From Ideonella sp. (lineage in GTDB: Bacteria > Pseudomonadota > Gammaproteobacteria > Burkholderiales > Burkholderiaceae_C), in contig NZ_DASUNH010000110.1 of the NCBI RefSeq assembly GCF_036277275.1, positions 2,014 through 66,013 of the forward strand: 64,000 nt of DNA. Reading direction: 5' to 3'. The notes under the pieces were generated by a model. That model saw only the letters and a program-made list of their open reading frames with translations. It was not told where the DNA came from and searched no databases. This document shows positions 28,407-39,004 of this stretch, in pieces (positions within the stretch are counted from its first letter, which is position 1; each line of letters opens with the position of its first letter). Made by a program: the position numbers and the translations under genes.

Positions 28407-28560
28407 GAAGCCGGCTTCTTAGCATGAAAGGGCGGTGTCTTCAATCGCGGGAACGTGATCGCGGCCGTGGCACGTTCATGAAGAAGCTGCAGCGCAGGAG
28501 CGCGGGCCGTGCAAGCGCCGGCCACGGATCGCGAAGTGGTGCCCGGCCGGGCTGGCTCCG

Positions 28561-29055
28561 TCACCGGCTGGCCATCGAAGGCGAGCAGACCGCGTGCAGC
28601 CACTGGCGGGCCGTGCGGCGCATGGTTTCGTAGGTTGCCTCGACAAGGCGGACTTGGGCGCGACGCGGCCGCGTGCAAACGACCATGTACCCCGCGCGGT
28701 CATGTGCGTCGCTGATCGGGGCGGCTATGGCATGCAGCCAGTAGCGCTCGCCGGTCTTGCGCCGGCTCTTCACCACCGACGACCAGGAGGCGCCCGCCTC
28801 GAGCGTGGCCCAGAGGTCGCGCAGGACGTCGGCCGGCATGTCGTGTCGGTTGAACAGCATCTGCGGCCGGCCGATCAACTCGCTGCGGGTGTAGCCGCTG
28901 GCGTGGGCGAACGCAGCGTTGCAATAGCTGATGCACCCGTCGGGCGCGATGGTCAGCACCAGCACGTCGCTGCGGGCGATGGCGTACTCGCACGCCGCAT
29001 CGTGCTGTGCCGAAGATTCGTCGTGGTTCACGGTGCGGTGCTCCTGGTCGGGCAT
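28561..29055 (-). CDS. Stand-alone Aer-like PAS domain protein
   Basis: NAAFAHASGYTRSELIG...HDMP...LWATL..G.SWSSVVKSRRKTG..YW resembles the Aer PAS; no TM or MCP domain; start uncertain. Confidence 0.65.
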   Translation of the reverse strand: MPDQEHRTVNHDESSAQHDAACEYAIARSDVLVLTIAPDGCISYCNAAFAHASGYTRSELIGRPQMLFNRHDMPADVLRDLWATLEAGASWSSVVKSRRKTGERYWLHAIAAPISDAHDRAGYMVVCTRPRRAQVRLVEATYETMRRTARQWLHAVCSPSMASR

Positions 29056-29200
29056 GGGCCCGGTCAGGATGTCGGCAGCATGCGGCCTGCACTCCACTGC
29101 CGACGTGTGGGGATTTCTTGATGGGGCGTGTGGGGCGTTCGGGTGGCCGCGAAGGGCCGACACTGTCCGTCGCGAGCCGTCCAAGGGGCGGCAATCGCTT

Positions 29201-31729
29201 TCATACCCGTTGCGTCTCCGTGTGCAGCGCACGGTCCACCTCGGCCATGAAACGATCGCGGTCCAGCATCTGTTTTCCCACCACCTGCTGCACCCGCCCG
29301 CTCAGGCGGGCGCGGTCCTGGGCGGTGATGGTTTTCGAGGTCATCACCAGGATCGGCACCGACGCCATGGCCGGCTGGCTGCGGACGCGGTCCAGCACCT
29401 CGAAGCCGCTGAGGCCCGGCATCATCAGGTCGAGAATGATCAGGTCGGGCTGGTTGCTCAGCGCGATGCCGATCGCCTGCTCGCCGTCGTGTGCGCGCAG
29501 CACCTCGCAGTCTGCACCGGTGAGGTTGGACGCCACCAGATCGATCGCCACCGGGTCGTCGTCGACGACGAGCACCTTGTGCGGCCCCGGATGCGTGGGC
29601 AAGCCGAGCGAGCGGACGGCGTTCAGCAGCTGTTGGCGCCCGATGGGCTTCTCGAGCACCTGGGAGGCACCGAGCGCGACACCGCGTTGCCGATCCGCCA
29701 CCATCGACACGATGACCACCGGCACGCAGGCCAAGGTCTCGTCGCGCTTGATCTGCTCCAAGATTTCCCAGCCGCTGGTGCCGGGCATCAGGATGTCGAG
29801 CGTGATCAGGTCCGGCGTGGGTGCACCGAGCCGTTGAAGCTGGTTGCCGTTGGTGGCGACACGGACATGGAAGCCCGCACCCTCGAGGTGCAAGCGCAAC
29901 AGCTCGGCAGCTTCGGGATCGTCTTCGATGACCAGCGCGTGACGGGTGGTTGCGCTGCGCCGCGGCAAGATCGCGGCCAACTCGGGCAACACGGTGCGAG
30001 CCGGGGCGTCACCGTGGCGCCAGGGCAGCCAGACGCCGAACTGCGAACCGCGTCCGGGGGCACTGGCCACGCCGACGGTGCCGCCGTGCAAGGCTGCAAA
30101 GCGGCTGACCAGCGCCAGGCCGAGCCCGGTGCCCACATGCTCGGCCTGCTCGGGCGAATGCAATTGCTGGAAAGCCTCGAACAGTTGCGGCAGGTCTTCG
30201 CCACGCATGCCGCGGCCGCTGTCGGTGACCAGGATTTCGAGCAGATCGAGGTTGCCGTCGCTGGCTTCGGGCAGCGGCAACACGCGCGCCACGGTGTCCG
30301 GCGGTGCGGCGTGCCACGGCGCGCCTCGGTTCACCAGGCGCACCGACAGGCGGATGTCGCCGCCATTGGGGGTGAACTTGACCGCGTTGGACAGCAGGTT
30401 GTAGACGATCTGCCGCAGCTTTCTTGCGTCCACCAGCACGCGACCCTTGGTGGGCATCGCATCGAAGTGCAACCGCAAGTCACGCCGCTCGACCACTTCG
30501 TCGAACAGGGCCAGGCATGCCCGCAGAAACGTATTGGGCTCGATCGATTCCAGGTCGAGGCTCATCTTGCCCGCTTCCACCTTGGACAAATCGAGGATGT
30601 CGTTGATCAGCGAGAGCAGGTGGTGGCCGCTGTCGAAGATCAGGCTGGCGAAGCGCTTCTGCTTGTCGAGCAGGCGCCCGACCTGCTCGTCCTTCAGCAG
30701 CTCGGAAAACCCGATGACGGCGTTCAGCGGTGTGCGCAATTCGTGCGCCATGTTGGCCAGGAACTCCGACTTGAAGCGACTGGCCTGTTCCAGCTGGTGG
30801 TTGGAGTCGTCCAGCCTGGCGTTGAGCCGTTGCAGGTCGGCCGACTTTTGCCGTTCACGCGCATGGGCGTCGACCAGCCCGGCGTAGAGCCTGCTGTTCT
30901 CCAGCATCAGCACGATCAGCACGAAGTTTGCCGCCAGCAACCCGTAGATGCGGCCGGCGTAAAAGCCCAGGTCGAAGCGGCCGGCGTTGAAGACCGCCGA
31001 CAGGCCGATGTCGAACAGCCACGCGCACATCACGACCATCAGCCACAGGCCGAGCACCGTGCGCGGCTGCTGCCGCCACAACGCCACCAGCGCCACGGCG
31101 CTCAACAGCCAGACGCTGCCGACCACGAAGATCATGGCCGGCGTGTAGCGGTTGCCTTGCATGATGCCAGGCAGCGCCTCGCGACCGACCGTCGTCAACA
31201 GACCGCAGCCAACGGTCAGCGCCAGTACGAGCGCGACGCAGCCCAGCACCGCGCTGGCGGTGCTGCCGCGCCACAGCGCGGCCTCGGGTGGGCGGCGCAT
31301 CTGCCCGACATGGATCAGCACCGCGAGCGGAAAGCCGGCATGCCACAGCATGTACAGCCAGGCGGTGGTCTGCGCCCCGGCGCCCAGCAACCCGTTGGGC
31401 GCGAACAGGCCCGGGAAGGTCATGGCATGCACGGCCGCGAGGCAGGCGGTGAAGAGGTAGCCGCCCGCGAGCACCAGCAGGGCCCGTGAGCGCAGGATCG
31501 CGAACTGCCCGAACAGCAAGGCCGCCGTGATCAGGTCACTGACGACGAGCGCCGATTCGTAGATCGGGATGAATCCCCAGACCGGGGCCAGGGGCTGCTT
31601 GGCGAAGGGCACCATCAGCAAGAACAGTGCCGCTGACACCACGGTCACCGCCAGTGCCAGGCGGCTCTGACTGCGCTGCGCCGTCAAAGTCGACAGAAAC
31701 ACCGGCCTGTCATCGACAAGCCCCGTCAT
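29201..31729 (-). CDS. Hybrid histidine kinase: MASE4-like membrane sensor, HisKA, HATPase, two REC domains
   Basis: About 7 TMs with HAMTFPGLFAP; FLANMAHELRTPL; N/G boxes; REC DILMPG and DLMMPG; RBS ggggagg before ATG 31729. Confidence 0.88.
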   Translation of the reverse strand: MTGLVDDRPVFLSTLTAQRSQSRLALAVTVVSAALFLLMVPFAKQPLAPVWGFIPIYESALVVSDLITAALLFGQFAILRSRALLVLAGGYLFTACLAAVHAMTFPGLFAPNGLLGAGAQTTAWLYMLWHAGFPLAVLIHVGQMRRPPEAALWRGSTASAVLGCVALVLALTVGCGLLTTVGREALPGIMQGNRYTPAMIFVVGSVWLLSAVALVALWRQQPRTVLGLWLMVVMCAWLFDIGLSAVFNAGRFDLGFYAGRIYGLLAANFVLIVLMLENSRLYAGLVDAHARERQKSADLQRLNARLDDSNHQLEQASRFKSEFLANMAHELRTPLNAVIGFSELLKDEQVGRLLDKQKRFASLIFDSGHHLLSLINDILDLSKVEAGKMSLDLESIEPNTFLRACLALFDEVVERRDLRLHFDAMPTKGRVLVDARKLRQIVYNLLSNAVKFTPNGGDIRLSVRLVNRGAPWHAAPPDTVARVLPLPEASDGNLDLLEILVTDSGRGMRGEDLPQLFEAFQQLHSPEQAEHVGTGLGLALVSRFAALHGGTVGVASAPGRGSQFGVWLPWRHGDAPARTVLPELAAILPRRSATTRHALVIEDDPEAAELLRLHLEGAGFHVRVATNGNQLQRLGAPTPDLITLDILMPGTSGWEILEQIKRDETLACVPVVIVSMVADRQRGVALGASQVLEKPIGRQQLLNAVRSLGLPTHPGPHKVLVVDDDPVAIDLVASNLTGADCEVLRAHDGEQAIGIALSNQPDLIILDLMMPGLSGFEVLDRVRSQPAMASVPILVMTSKTITAQDRARLSGRVQQVVGKQMLDRDRFMAEVDRALHTETQRV

Positions 31730-32011
31730 CGAGCCTCCCCTGTCCACGTCCCGTGCATCGAAAGCAGCCTTGCCCGTTCAGCAAACGGGTTCTGCGCCCG
31801 GTTGGTACGGATGGTGGGGCGAAGGGGGCGGCCCGTCAACCCAGGCGCCGCCGGTCCGGTGTGGGGTGGGAGTGACATCGAGTGCGCTGACAGCACAACT
31901 TCCGCTGTTTCCTACTCAAACCATCCAGAGATCCCCACAGACAGGCTCCGGGGCTCCCGACAGCGTTCGCAGGGGCACGTCTCTACAGTGCGGCCCAACA
32001 GGGAGCACCTC

Positions 32012-35000
32012 ATGGGCAAGCCAAACAGCAGGGCAGTACGCAACCACCGGTTGATCGCGGTCGCCGTGCTGTGTGGTGGCGTTCTGTTGTCGCTGGGCAT
32101 CAGCCAATCGGCCCGGGACGAGACCCGGCGAAGTGCCCAAGTGCGTTTCGACGCCGCTTCCACCAGCGCCGGCGGCGAGGTCGAACGGCGCTTTGCCGCC
32201 TACGTCGAGGTGCTGGCCGGGCTGCGCGCGCTGTTCCAGACCGGCGAGGTGTCTCGCGAGGCCTTTCGCCGCTATGCCGAGGCCCTGGACCTCAAGCGCA
32301 GCTTTCCCGGCTTCCAGGTCTTGAACTACGCCCCGGTGGTGCTTGCGCCGGACAAAGAGGCCTTCGAGGTGGTGTTGAGGCAAGACCCGTCCGTCGCGGC
32401 GCGCGAGCGCTTCGCGATCACGCCACCAGGCGCTCGCGATGTCTACCAGCCAATCACGCTGATCGAGCCGCTGGCCGGCAATGAAATGGTCATCGGCAAG
32501 GACATTGCCATCGTTCCCGATGTGCGCGCCGCGCTCGAATCCGCCCGCGACTCGGGTCGCCTCAGCGCGTCTGGCAAGTTGATCCAGGTCCGCGGCCAGG
32601 AAGGGAAGGTCGGTTTGGCGATGCGCCTGCCGGTCTACCGGCCCGGCCTGCCGGTCGCCACGGTCGAGCAGCGCCGCGAGGCTTATCTGGGCAGCGTGGG
32701 GGCTGGCTTCCTCGTCACACAGATGCTGGAGAGCCTGCCGGCGCCCACGCATGGCGTGCGCCTGCGGATCTTCGATGGCGGCCGCGAGCCAGCGCCGGAT
32801 GCGCCGCTCGCCGCGCCCGTGGTGCAGCCCGACAAGCTGGTCTTCGACACCGACAAGGCCGTCCGTGCCGGGCAGGCCGTGGCGGGTGCGGCTGCCGTCG
32901 GCGTTTCACCGCGCAGCGCGGCCGCCAGCGAGCAGGTCCCCAGTGCCGACAGCGGGTTCTACAGCATTGGCTCGTTTGCGCTGGGAGGCCGGGTCTGGCT
33001 GGTCGAGGCCTCGGCGCCTTTCGACCAGGGTGTCGGTACGCTGGAACGCCTGCTGCCCGCCATCGTGTTGGTGGGCGGCTTCATCATCAGCGCCTTGCTG
33101 GCGGGCGTGCTGCTCAGTCTGTTGGGTGGCAGGCGCCGGGCGCTGGCCCTGGCCCTCGACATGACGCACAGCCTGCGCAGCAGCGAGCAGCGCCTGGCCG
33201 AGGCCCAGTCGCTGGCCAAGCTGGGCAGCTGGGTACTCGATGTGTCCAGCGGCAACATCGAATGCTCGGATGAAGCCGGACGCATCTATGGCCATGAGGC
33301 CGGCTCGACGGCGCTGACACTGCCCAGGCTTCTGGCGCTGGTGCCGGACATGCAGCGCGCCGCATTGAGCGAAGCGGTGCGGCGGGCCGAGCACAGCGAC
33401 GAACGGGTGGAGATCGAGCACGCGGTGCGCCTGCCCGATGGTGGTGACCGCTGGGTGCATGTCAACCTGCGGCGGTCGACGGAAGATGGCGTTGCGGCGG
33501 TGCGCGCGACCGTGCGCGACGAGACCGGACGCAAGAAGGCGGCATTGCGCCTGGAGCTGGCGCACGACATCGGCCAGAAGCTGGCGATCGAGACCGAGCC
33601 CGAGAACGCGGTGGCCTACATCCTGTCGTCGATCGGCTCCCGCCTGCAATGGAATGCCGCGGCCTGCTGGCTGCGCGAGGCCGACGGCCAGCTGCGCTGC
33701 CTGCAAGCCTGGGTGCAGGGCGACGCGCCGGAACTGGGTGATTTCGCGATTGCCATGCGGCGCTGGCGCAGCCCGCTCGCCAGCAGCCATGTCGAATCGG
33801 CGTCGATCACCGGCAATCCGACATGGCGCAGCATTCCCTTGGTCGGCGCCATGAACGACGAAGACCTCGTGGCCGGCCGATGCGGCCTGCAGGCCGCAAT
33901 GCTGATCCCGGTGAGCGCGGGCCCCCAATGGGCCGCGCTGGAGTTCTTCAGCCGCGCGCCGATCAGCGTGGACCGCGAGATCGAAGGCTTCATGCGCTCG
34001 ATCGCCAGCCAGCTGGCGCAGTACCTGCAGCGCAAGCAGGCCGAGAAAGCCCTGCGCCATGTGGCGCACCACGACGCACTGACCGGGCTGGCCAACCGCC
34101 CGCTGCTGCACGATCGGCTCGTGCACGCCACGCAGCGCGCGGCGCGCCTGCAGAACCGGGTCGCAGTGCTGTTCATGGATCTGGACCGGTTCAAGTACGT
34201 CAACGACAGCCTGGGCCACAGTGCCGGCGACATGCTGCTGCGTGCCTGCGCCGACCGCCTGCGGGCCTGCGTGAGGGAAAGCGACACCGTGGCCCGCTTC
34301 GGTGGCGACGAATTCGTCGTCGTCCTGGAAGGGCTCGGCAGCGCGAGTGACGTGGTGGCGCCGCTGACCAAGATCCTGAGCCGTTTCAACGCGCCGTTCG
34401 AGGTCAATGGGCGCGAGCTGACCACCACCGCCAGCATCGGCGTCAGCATGTTTCCCGACGATGGGCAGGACGTCGAGACCTTGCTGATGTACGCCGATGC
34501 CGCGATGTACCGCGCCAAGGAAAAGGGCGCGGGCAGCTACGAGTTCCACTCGGCGCAAGGCACTTCGCAAGGGCAGCAGCGGCTGGTGCTCGAAAGCAAC
34601 CTGCACCGTGCGCTGGAACGTGAAGAACTGTTCCTCGTCTACCAGCCGAAGCTGGAGCTGGCGACCGGCCGGGTCACTGGGGTCGAGGCGCTGATGCGTT
34701 GGCAACATCCGACGCTCGGCATGGTGTCGCCGGCCCAGTTCATCCCGATCGCCGAAGACACCGGCCTGATCGAAAGCATGGGCCAGTGGGCGCTCGAGGT
34801 GGCGTGCCGCGATGCGCTGCGTTGGCAGCACGAGGGCAACCCGGTGCAGGTGAGCGTCAACCTGTCGCCGCGCCAGCTGAACCGGCCCCGGCTGGTCGAA
34901 GAGGTCGCTCAGGTCCTGGCCCAGGCGGGCCTGGATGCATCGATGCTCGAACTGGAGATCACCGAAAGCGGCGTGATGCGCAACCCGACCCGTGCGGCCG

Positions 35001-35374
35001 CTCAGCTGCGCGAGTTGCGTGATCTCGGCGTGTCGCTGGCGATCGACGATTTCGGCACCGGCTACTCGTCGCTGTCGTACTTGCAGCGCTTTCCGCTCAG
35101 CACGCTGAAGATCGACCGTTCCTTCATCAAGGATCTGCCCGGCGACGAAGACGCCGCCGCCCTGACGGCCGGGATCATCGGGCTGGCCCAGCGCCTGCGC
35201 ATGAAGGTGGTGGCCGAGGGGGTCGAAACGCTGGAGCAGCTGGGCTTCCTGCGCAGCAACCACTGCGACCAGATCCAGGGCTTCTACCTGAGCAAACCGA
35301 TCACCGTGGGCGAGATGAGCCGATTCCTGGCCCGTGACGTGAGGAATTTCGTGAGCCCGGTGGTCGCGGCCTGA
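32012..35374 (+). CDS. CHASE-PAS-GAF-GGDEF-EAL c-di-GMP enzyme
   Basis: CHASE between two TMs; RFGGDEF; EAL; DDFGTGYSSL; EGVET; RBS gggag before ATG 32012. Confidence 0.92.
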   Translation: MGKPNSRAVRNHRLIAVAVLCGGVLLSLGISQSARDETRRSAQVRFDAASTSAGGEVERRFAAYVEVLAGLRALFQTGEVSREAFRRYAEALDLKRSFPGFQVLNYAPVVLAPDKEAFEVVLRQDPSVAARERFAITPPGARDVYQPITLIEPLAGNEMVIGKDIAIVPDVRAALESARDSGRLSASGKLIQVRGQEGKVGLAMRLPVYRPGLPVATVEQRREAYLGSVGAGFLVTQMLESLPAPTHGVRLRIFDGGREPAPDAPLAAPVVQPDKLVFDTDKAVRAGQAVAGAAAVGVSPRSAAASEQVPSADSGFYSIGSFALGGRVWLVEASAPFDQGVGTLERLLPAIVLVGGFIISALLAGVLLSLLGGRRRALALALDMTHSLRSSEQRLAEAQSLAKLGSWVLDVSSGNIECSDEAGRIYGHEAGSTALTLPRLLALVPDMQRAALSEAVRRAEHSDERVEIEHAVRLPDGGDRWVHVNLRRSTEDGVAAVRATVRDETGRKKAALRLELAHDIGQKLAIETEPENAVAYILSSIGSRLQWNAAACWLREADGQLRCLQAWVQGDAPELGDFAIAMRRWRSPLASSHVESASITGNPTWRSIPLVGAMNDEDLVAGRCGLQAAMLIPVSAGPQWAALEFFSRAPISVDREIEGFMRSIASQLAQYLQRKQAEKALRHVAHHDALTGLANRPLLHDRLVHATQRAARLQNRVAVLFMDLDRFKYVNDSLGHSAGDMLLRACADRLRACVRESDTVARFGGDEFVVVLEGLGSASDVVAPLTKILSRFNAPFEVNGRELTTTASIGVSMFPDDGQDVETLLMYADAAMYRAKEKGAGSYEFHSAQGTSQGQQRLVLESNLHRALEREELFLVYQPKLELATGRVTGVEALMRWQHPTLGMVSPAQFIPIAEDTGLIESMGQWALEVACRDALRWQHEGNPVQVSVNLSPRQLNRPRLVEEVAQVLAQAGLDASMLELEITESGVMRNPTRAAAQLRELRDLGVSLAIDDFGTGYSSLSYLQRFPLSTLKIDRSFIKDLPGDEDAAALTAGIIGLAQRLRMKVVAEGVETLEQLGFLRSNHCDQIQGFYLSKPITVGEMSRFLARDVRNFVSPVVAA

Positions 35375-35450
35375 GCCGCATCACCGGGGTCGCGCTTGAC
35401 CGCCAGCGGCAGCAGGCTGCTGGCATTTTTGACCCCTAGGGAGTTGATTG

Positions 35451-36191
35451 ATGCAATTGCTATCCGAAAACCGCGGTCTGGCGCAGGTGATGAACCGCAT
35501 TGCGGCGCTCGACCTGGCGCCCATCAAGTTCAAGATCACCAGCAAGGAAGACGGCTACGGCTGGACCGCCGAGCATGTCGATCGCATCGAGCTGGGCTAC
35601 AAGCGCTTCCTGGCACTGCTGGCCATGCACCCGGGGCAACAGTTGGCGCCCACGCGCGACATCGACAAGTTCTGGCACGCGCACATCCTGGACACGCGCA
35701 AGTACGCGGCGGACTGCGAGCTGATCTTCGGCGGCTTTCTGCACCACAACCCCTACCTGGGCATGCGCGGTGACGAAGACCGCCTGGACCAGGCCGCCCA
35801 GGCGCTTCACGGCCTGTTCGAGAGCGACTTCGGCGAAGAAGTGCCAGCCAACGCCCACATGGCAGCTGTCCCGGCCGATCCGGCCTGGTGCGGTGGCGAG
35901 CACGCTGACAAGTCCACGGCCTGGTGCGGCGGTGAGGCGCCTGCGGCCAAGGCGGCGGCCTGGTGCGGCGGCGAAGCGCCCGTTGAGAAGGCAGCAGCGT
36001 GGTGCGGTGGTGAAGCGCCGGCGGCCAAGGCAGCGGCCTGGTGCGGCGGCGAGGCGCCCATTGAGAAGGCAGCAGCGTGGTGCGGTGGTGAAGCGCCGGC
36101 GGCCAAGGCAGCGGCCTGGTGTGGCGGTGAAGCGCCGGCGAAGAAGGCCACGGCCGCAGCCTGGTGCGGCGGCGAAGCTCCGACCCACTGA
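35451..36191 (+). CDS. GRDP/DUF1399-like His-rich domain fused to eight AWCGGE repeats
   Basis: N-domain DKFWHAHILDTRKYAADC...GFLHHNPY; C-terminal 13-aa repeats; RBS agggag 7 nt before ATG 35451. Confidence 0.8.
   Translation: MQLLSENRGLAQVMNRIAALDLAPIKFKITSKEDGYGWTAEHVDRIELGYKRFLALLAMHPGQQLAPTRDIDKFWHAHILDTRKYAADCELIFGGFLHHNPYLGMRGDEDRLDQAAQALHGLFESDFGEEVPANAHMAAVPADPAWCGGEHADKSTAWCGGEAPAAKAAAWCGGEAPVEKAAAWCGGEAPAAKAAAWCGGEAPIEKAAAWCGGEAPAAKAAAWCGGEAPAKKATAAAWCGGEAPTH
35883..36188 (+). repeat. Coding tandem repeat, 8 units of about 39 nt
   Basis: Units encode AWCGGEAPxxKAA; synonymous codon variation between units; AAK/(V,I)EK alternation. Confidence 0.95.
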
Positions 36192-36267
36192 CGGTCATGC
36201 GGCCGCGGTGAAGCGGCCACATGCCATCCAGGGAGGGGATGACGGACCACCGTCACCCGGCCGACGG

Positions 36268-37788
<1,521 letters not shown>

Positions 37789-37868
37789 GGTGTGTTTCGG
37801 TTGCAGTGCAGGGATGGCGCCAGTCTAGGCAGCAAGCCCGACGCTGCCAATGCCGCCAGGCTGGATTC

Positions 37869-37890
37869 ATTGTTCCGAAAGGTGAACAAT
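37869..37890. promoter_or_regulatory. LysR recognition site
   Basis: Inverted repeat attgttc-N8-gaacaat between divergent mmsA and LysR. Confidence 0.6.
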
Positions 37891-37916
37891 ATGATTCTCA
37901 AACTGAGAACCAATCG

Positions 37917-38858
37917 ATGAGCACCCGAATGTCGAATCCTGGCCGCGGCGCGGCGCTGTGGTCGCCCATCCACGCCCTGACCGTGCTGGCGGAGGCCGGC
38001 AGCTTCACCGCCGCTGCGCAGCGCCTGAACCTGAGCAAGGCCGCGATGAGCCAGCGCGTGGCCGAGTTGGAGGCCGCAGCTGGCGTGCCGCTGGTGCAGC
38101 GCACGACCCGAAGCATGCAGTTGACCGATGCTGGCAGGCAGCTGGTGGCGGCTACGCAGGGCGCGTTCGCCACCATTGACCAGGCGTTCGCCGAGGTGCG
38201 CGACCTGGCCGATGCGCCCAGCGGCCGGCTGCGAGTGACGGCACCGGTGGCGCTGGCGCGGCAGTGCATCGTGCCGTTGCTGCCCGGCTTTTTGCGTGCA
38301 CACCCGGCGCTGCAGGTCGAGTTGGACTTGTCCGACCGGTTGCGGCCGCTGGCGCAAGAAGGCTTCGACCTGGCGATCCGCCACACCAGCACGCCCCCGG
38401 ACACCCATGTCGCCTGGATGCTGCGCGAAACCCGCAGCGTGCTGCTGGCCAGCCCCGACTATCTTGCGCGCCGCCAGGCGCCGCGCGCGCCGCAGGACCT
38501 GCGCGATCACGAATGCCTGTTCTACCCGCGCGCCGGCGACACCGCGGCGTGGAGCTTCGAGCGCAAGGCGGGCGAGCGCGTCAGCGTGCCGCTGAAGGGG
38601 CCTTTTGCGGCGAACAACAGCGAGGCGCTGCGTGAGGCGGCGCTGGCCGGCCTGGGCATCACGCTGTTGCCTGATTTCAGCGCCGAGCCGGCCCTGGCGG
38701 CGGGTGAGCTGGTCGAGTTGTTGCCGAGCTGGCATGCCGTGGGGGCCTTTGGCACCCACCTGTGGGCGATCCGGCCGTACGCGGCCCAAGTGCCGCGGGG
38801 TGTGCGGGCGCTGGTGGCCTGGCTGGCCCAGGCGCTGGGCGGCCGTGCGCCGGTGTGA
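37917..38858 (+). CDS. LysR family regulator (CrgA-like)
   Basis: [24 protein letters not shown]; start 37917 or 37929. Confidence 0.92.
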   Translation: MSTRMSNPGRGAALWSPIHALTVLAEAGSFTAAAQRLNLSKAAMSQRVAELEAAAGVPLVQRTTRSMQLTDAGRQLVAATQGAFATIDQAFAEVRDLADAPSGRLRVTAPVALARQCIVPLLPGFLRAHPALQVELDLSDRLRPLAQEGFDLAIRHTSTPPDTHVAWMLRETRSVLLASPDYLARRQAPRAPQDLRDHECLFYPRAGDTAAWSFERKAGERVSVPLKGPFAANNSEALREAALAGLGITLLPDFSAEPALAAGELVELLPSWHAVGAFGTHLWAIRPYAAQVPRGVRALVAWLAQALGGRAPV

Positions 38859-38931
38859 AGCGTGGTCGATGCCACGTCAGCCTGAAGAAAGGAATTGCAC
38901 CGTTCGAGTGCCGCAAATCACGTGAGTCGGC

Positions 38932-38959
38932 TCAAGTCGGGCGTCGAACAATCCGAAAA
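38932..38959 (+). promoter_or_regulatory. Possible sigma-28 (FliA) promoter for the MCP
   Basis: TCAAG-N15-TCCGAAAA versus consensus TCAAG/TAAA...GCCGATAA; spacing is about 1 nt long. Confidence 0.4.
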
Positions 38960-39004
38960 CCGATCAGACCGACCCAACCGACACGAGTCCGGAGACACAC
39001 GACC

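Noticed and set aside
31730-32011. Possible structured leader or c-di-GMP riboswitch between divergent kinase and GGDEF-EAL genes
   Set aside because: Only scattered 6-7 bp complementarities (ggatggt/accatcc, tgtgggg/ccccaca), as expected by chance; no riboswitch consensus.
35883-36188. 39-nt tandem repeats as a CRISPR array
   Set aside because: The units are contiguous, in frame and synonymously variable, with no unique spacers and no cas genes.
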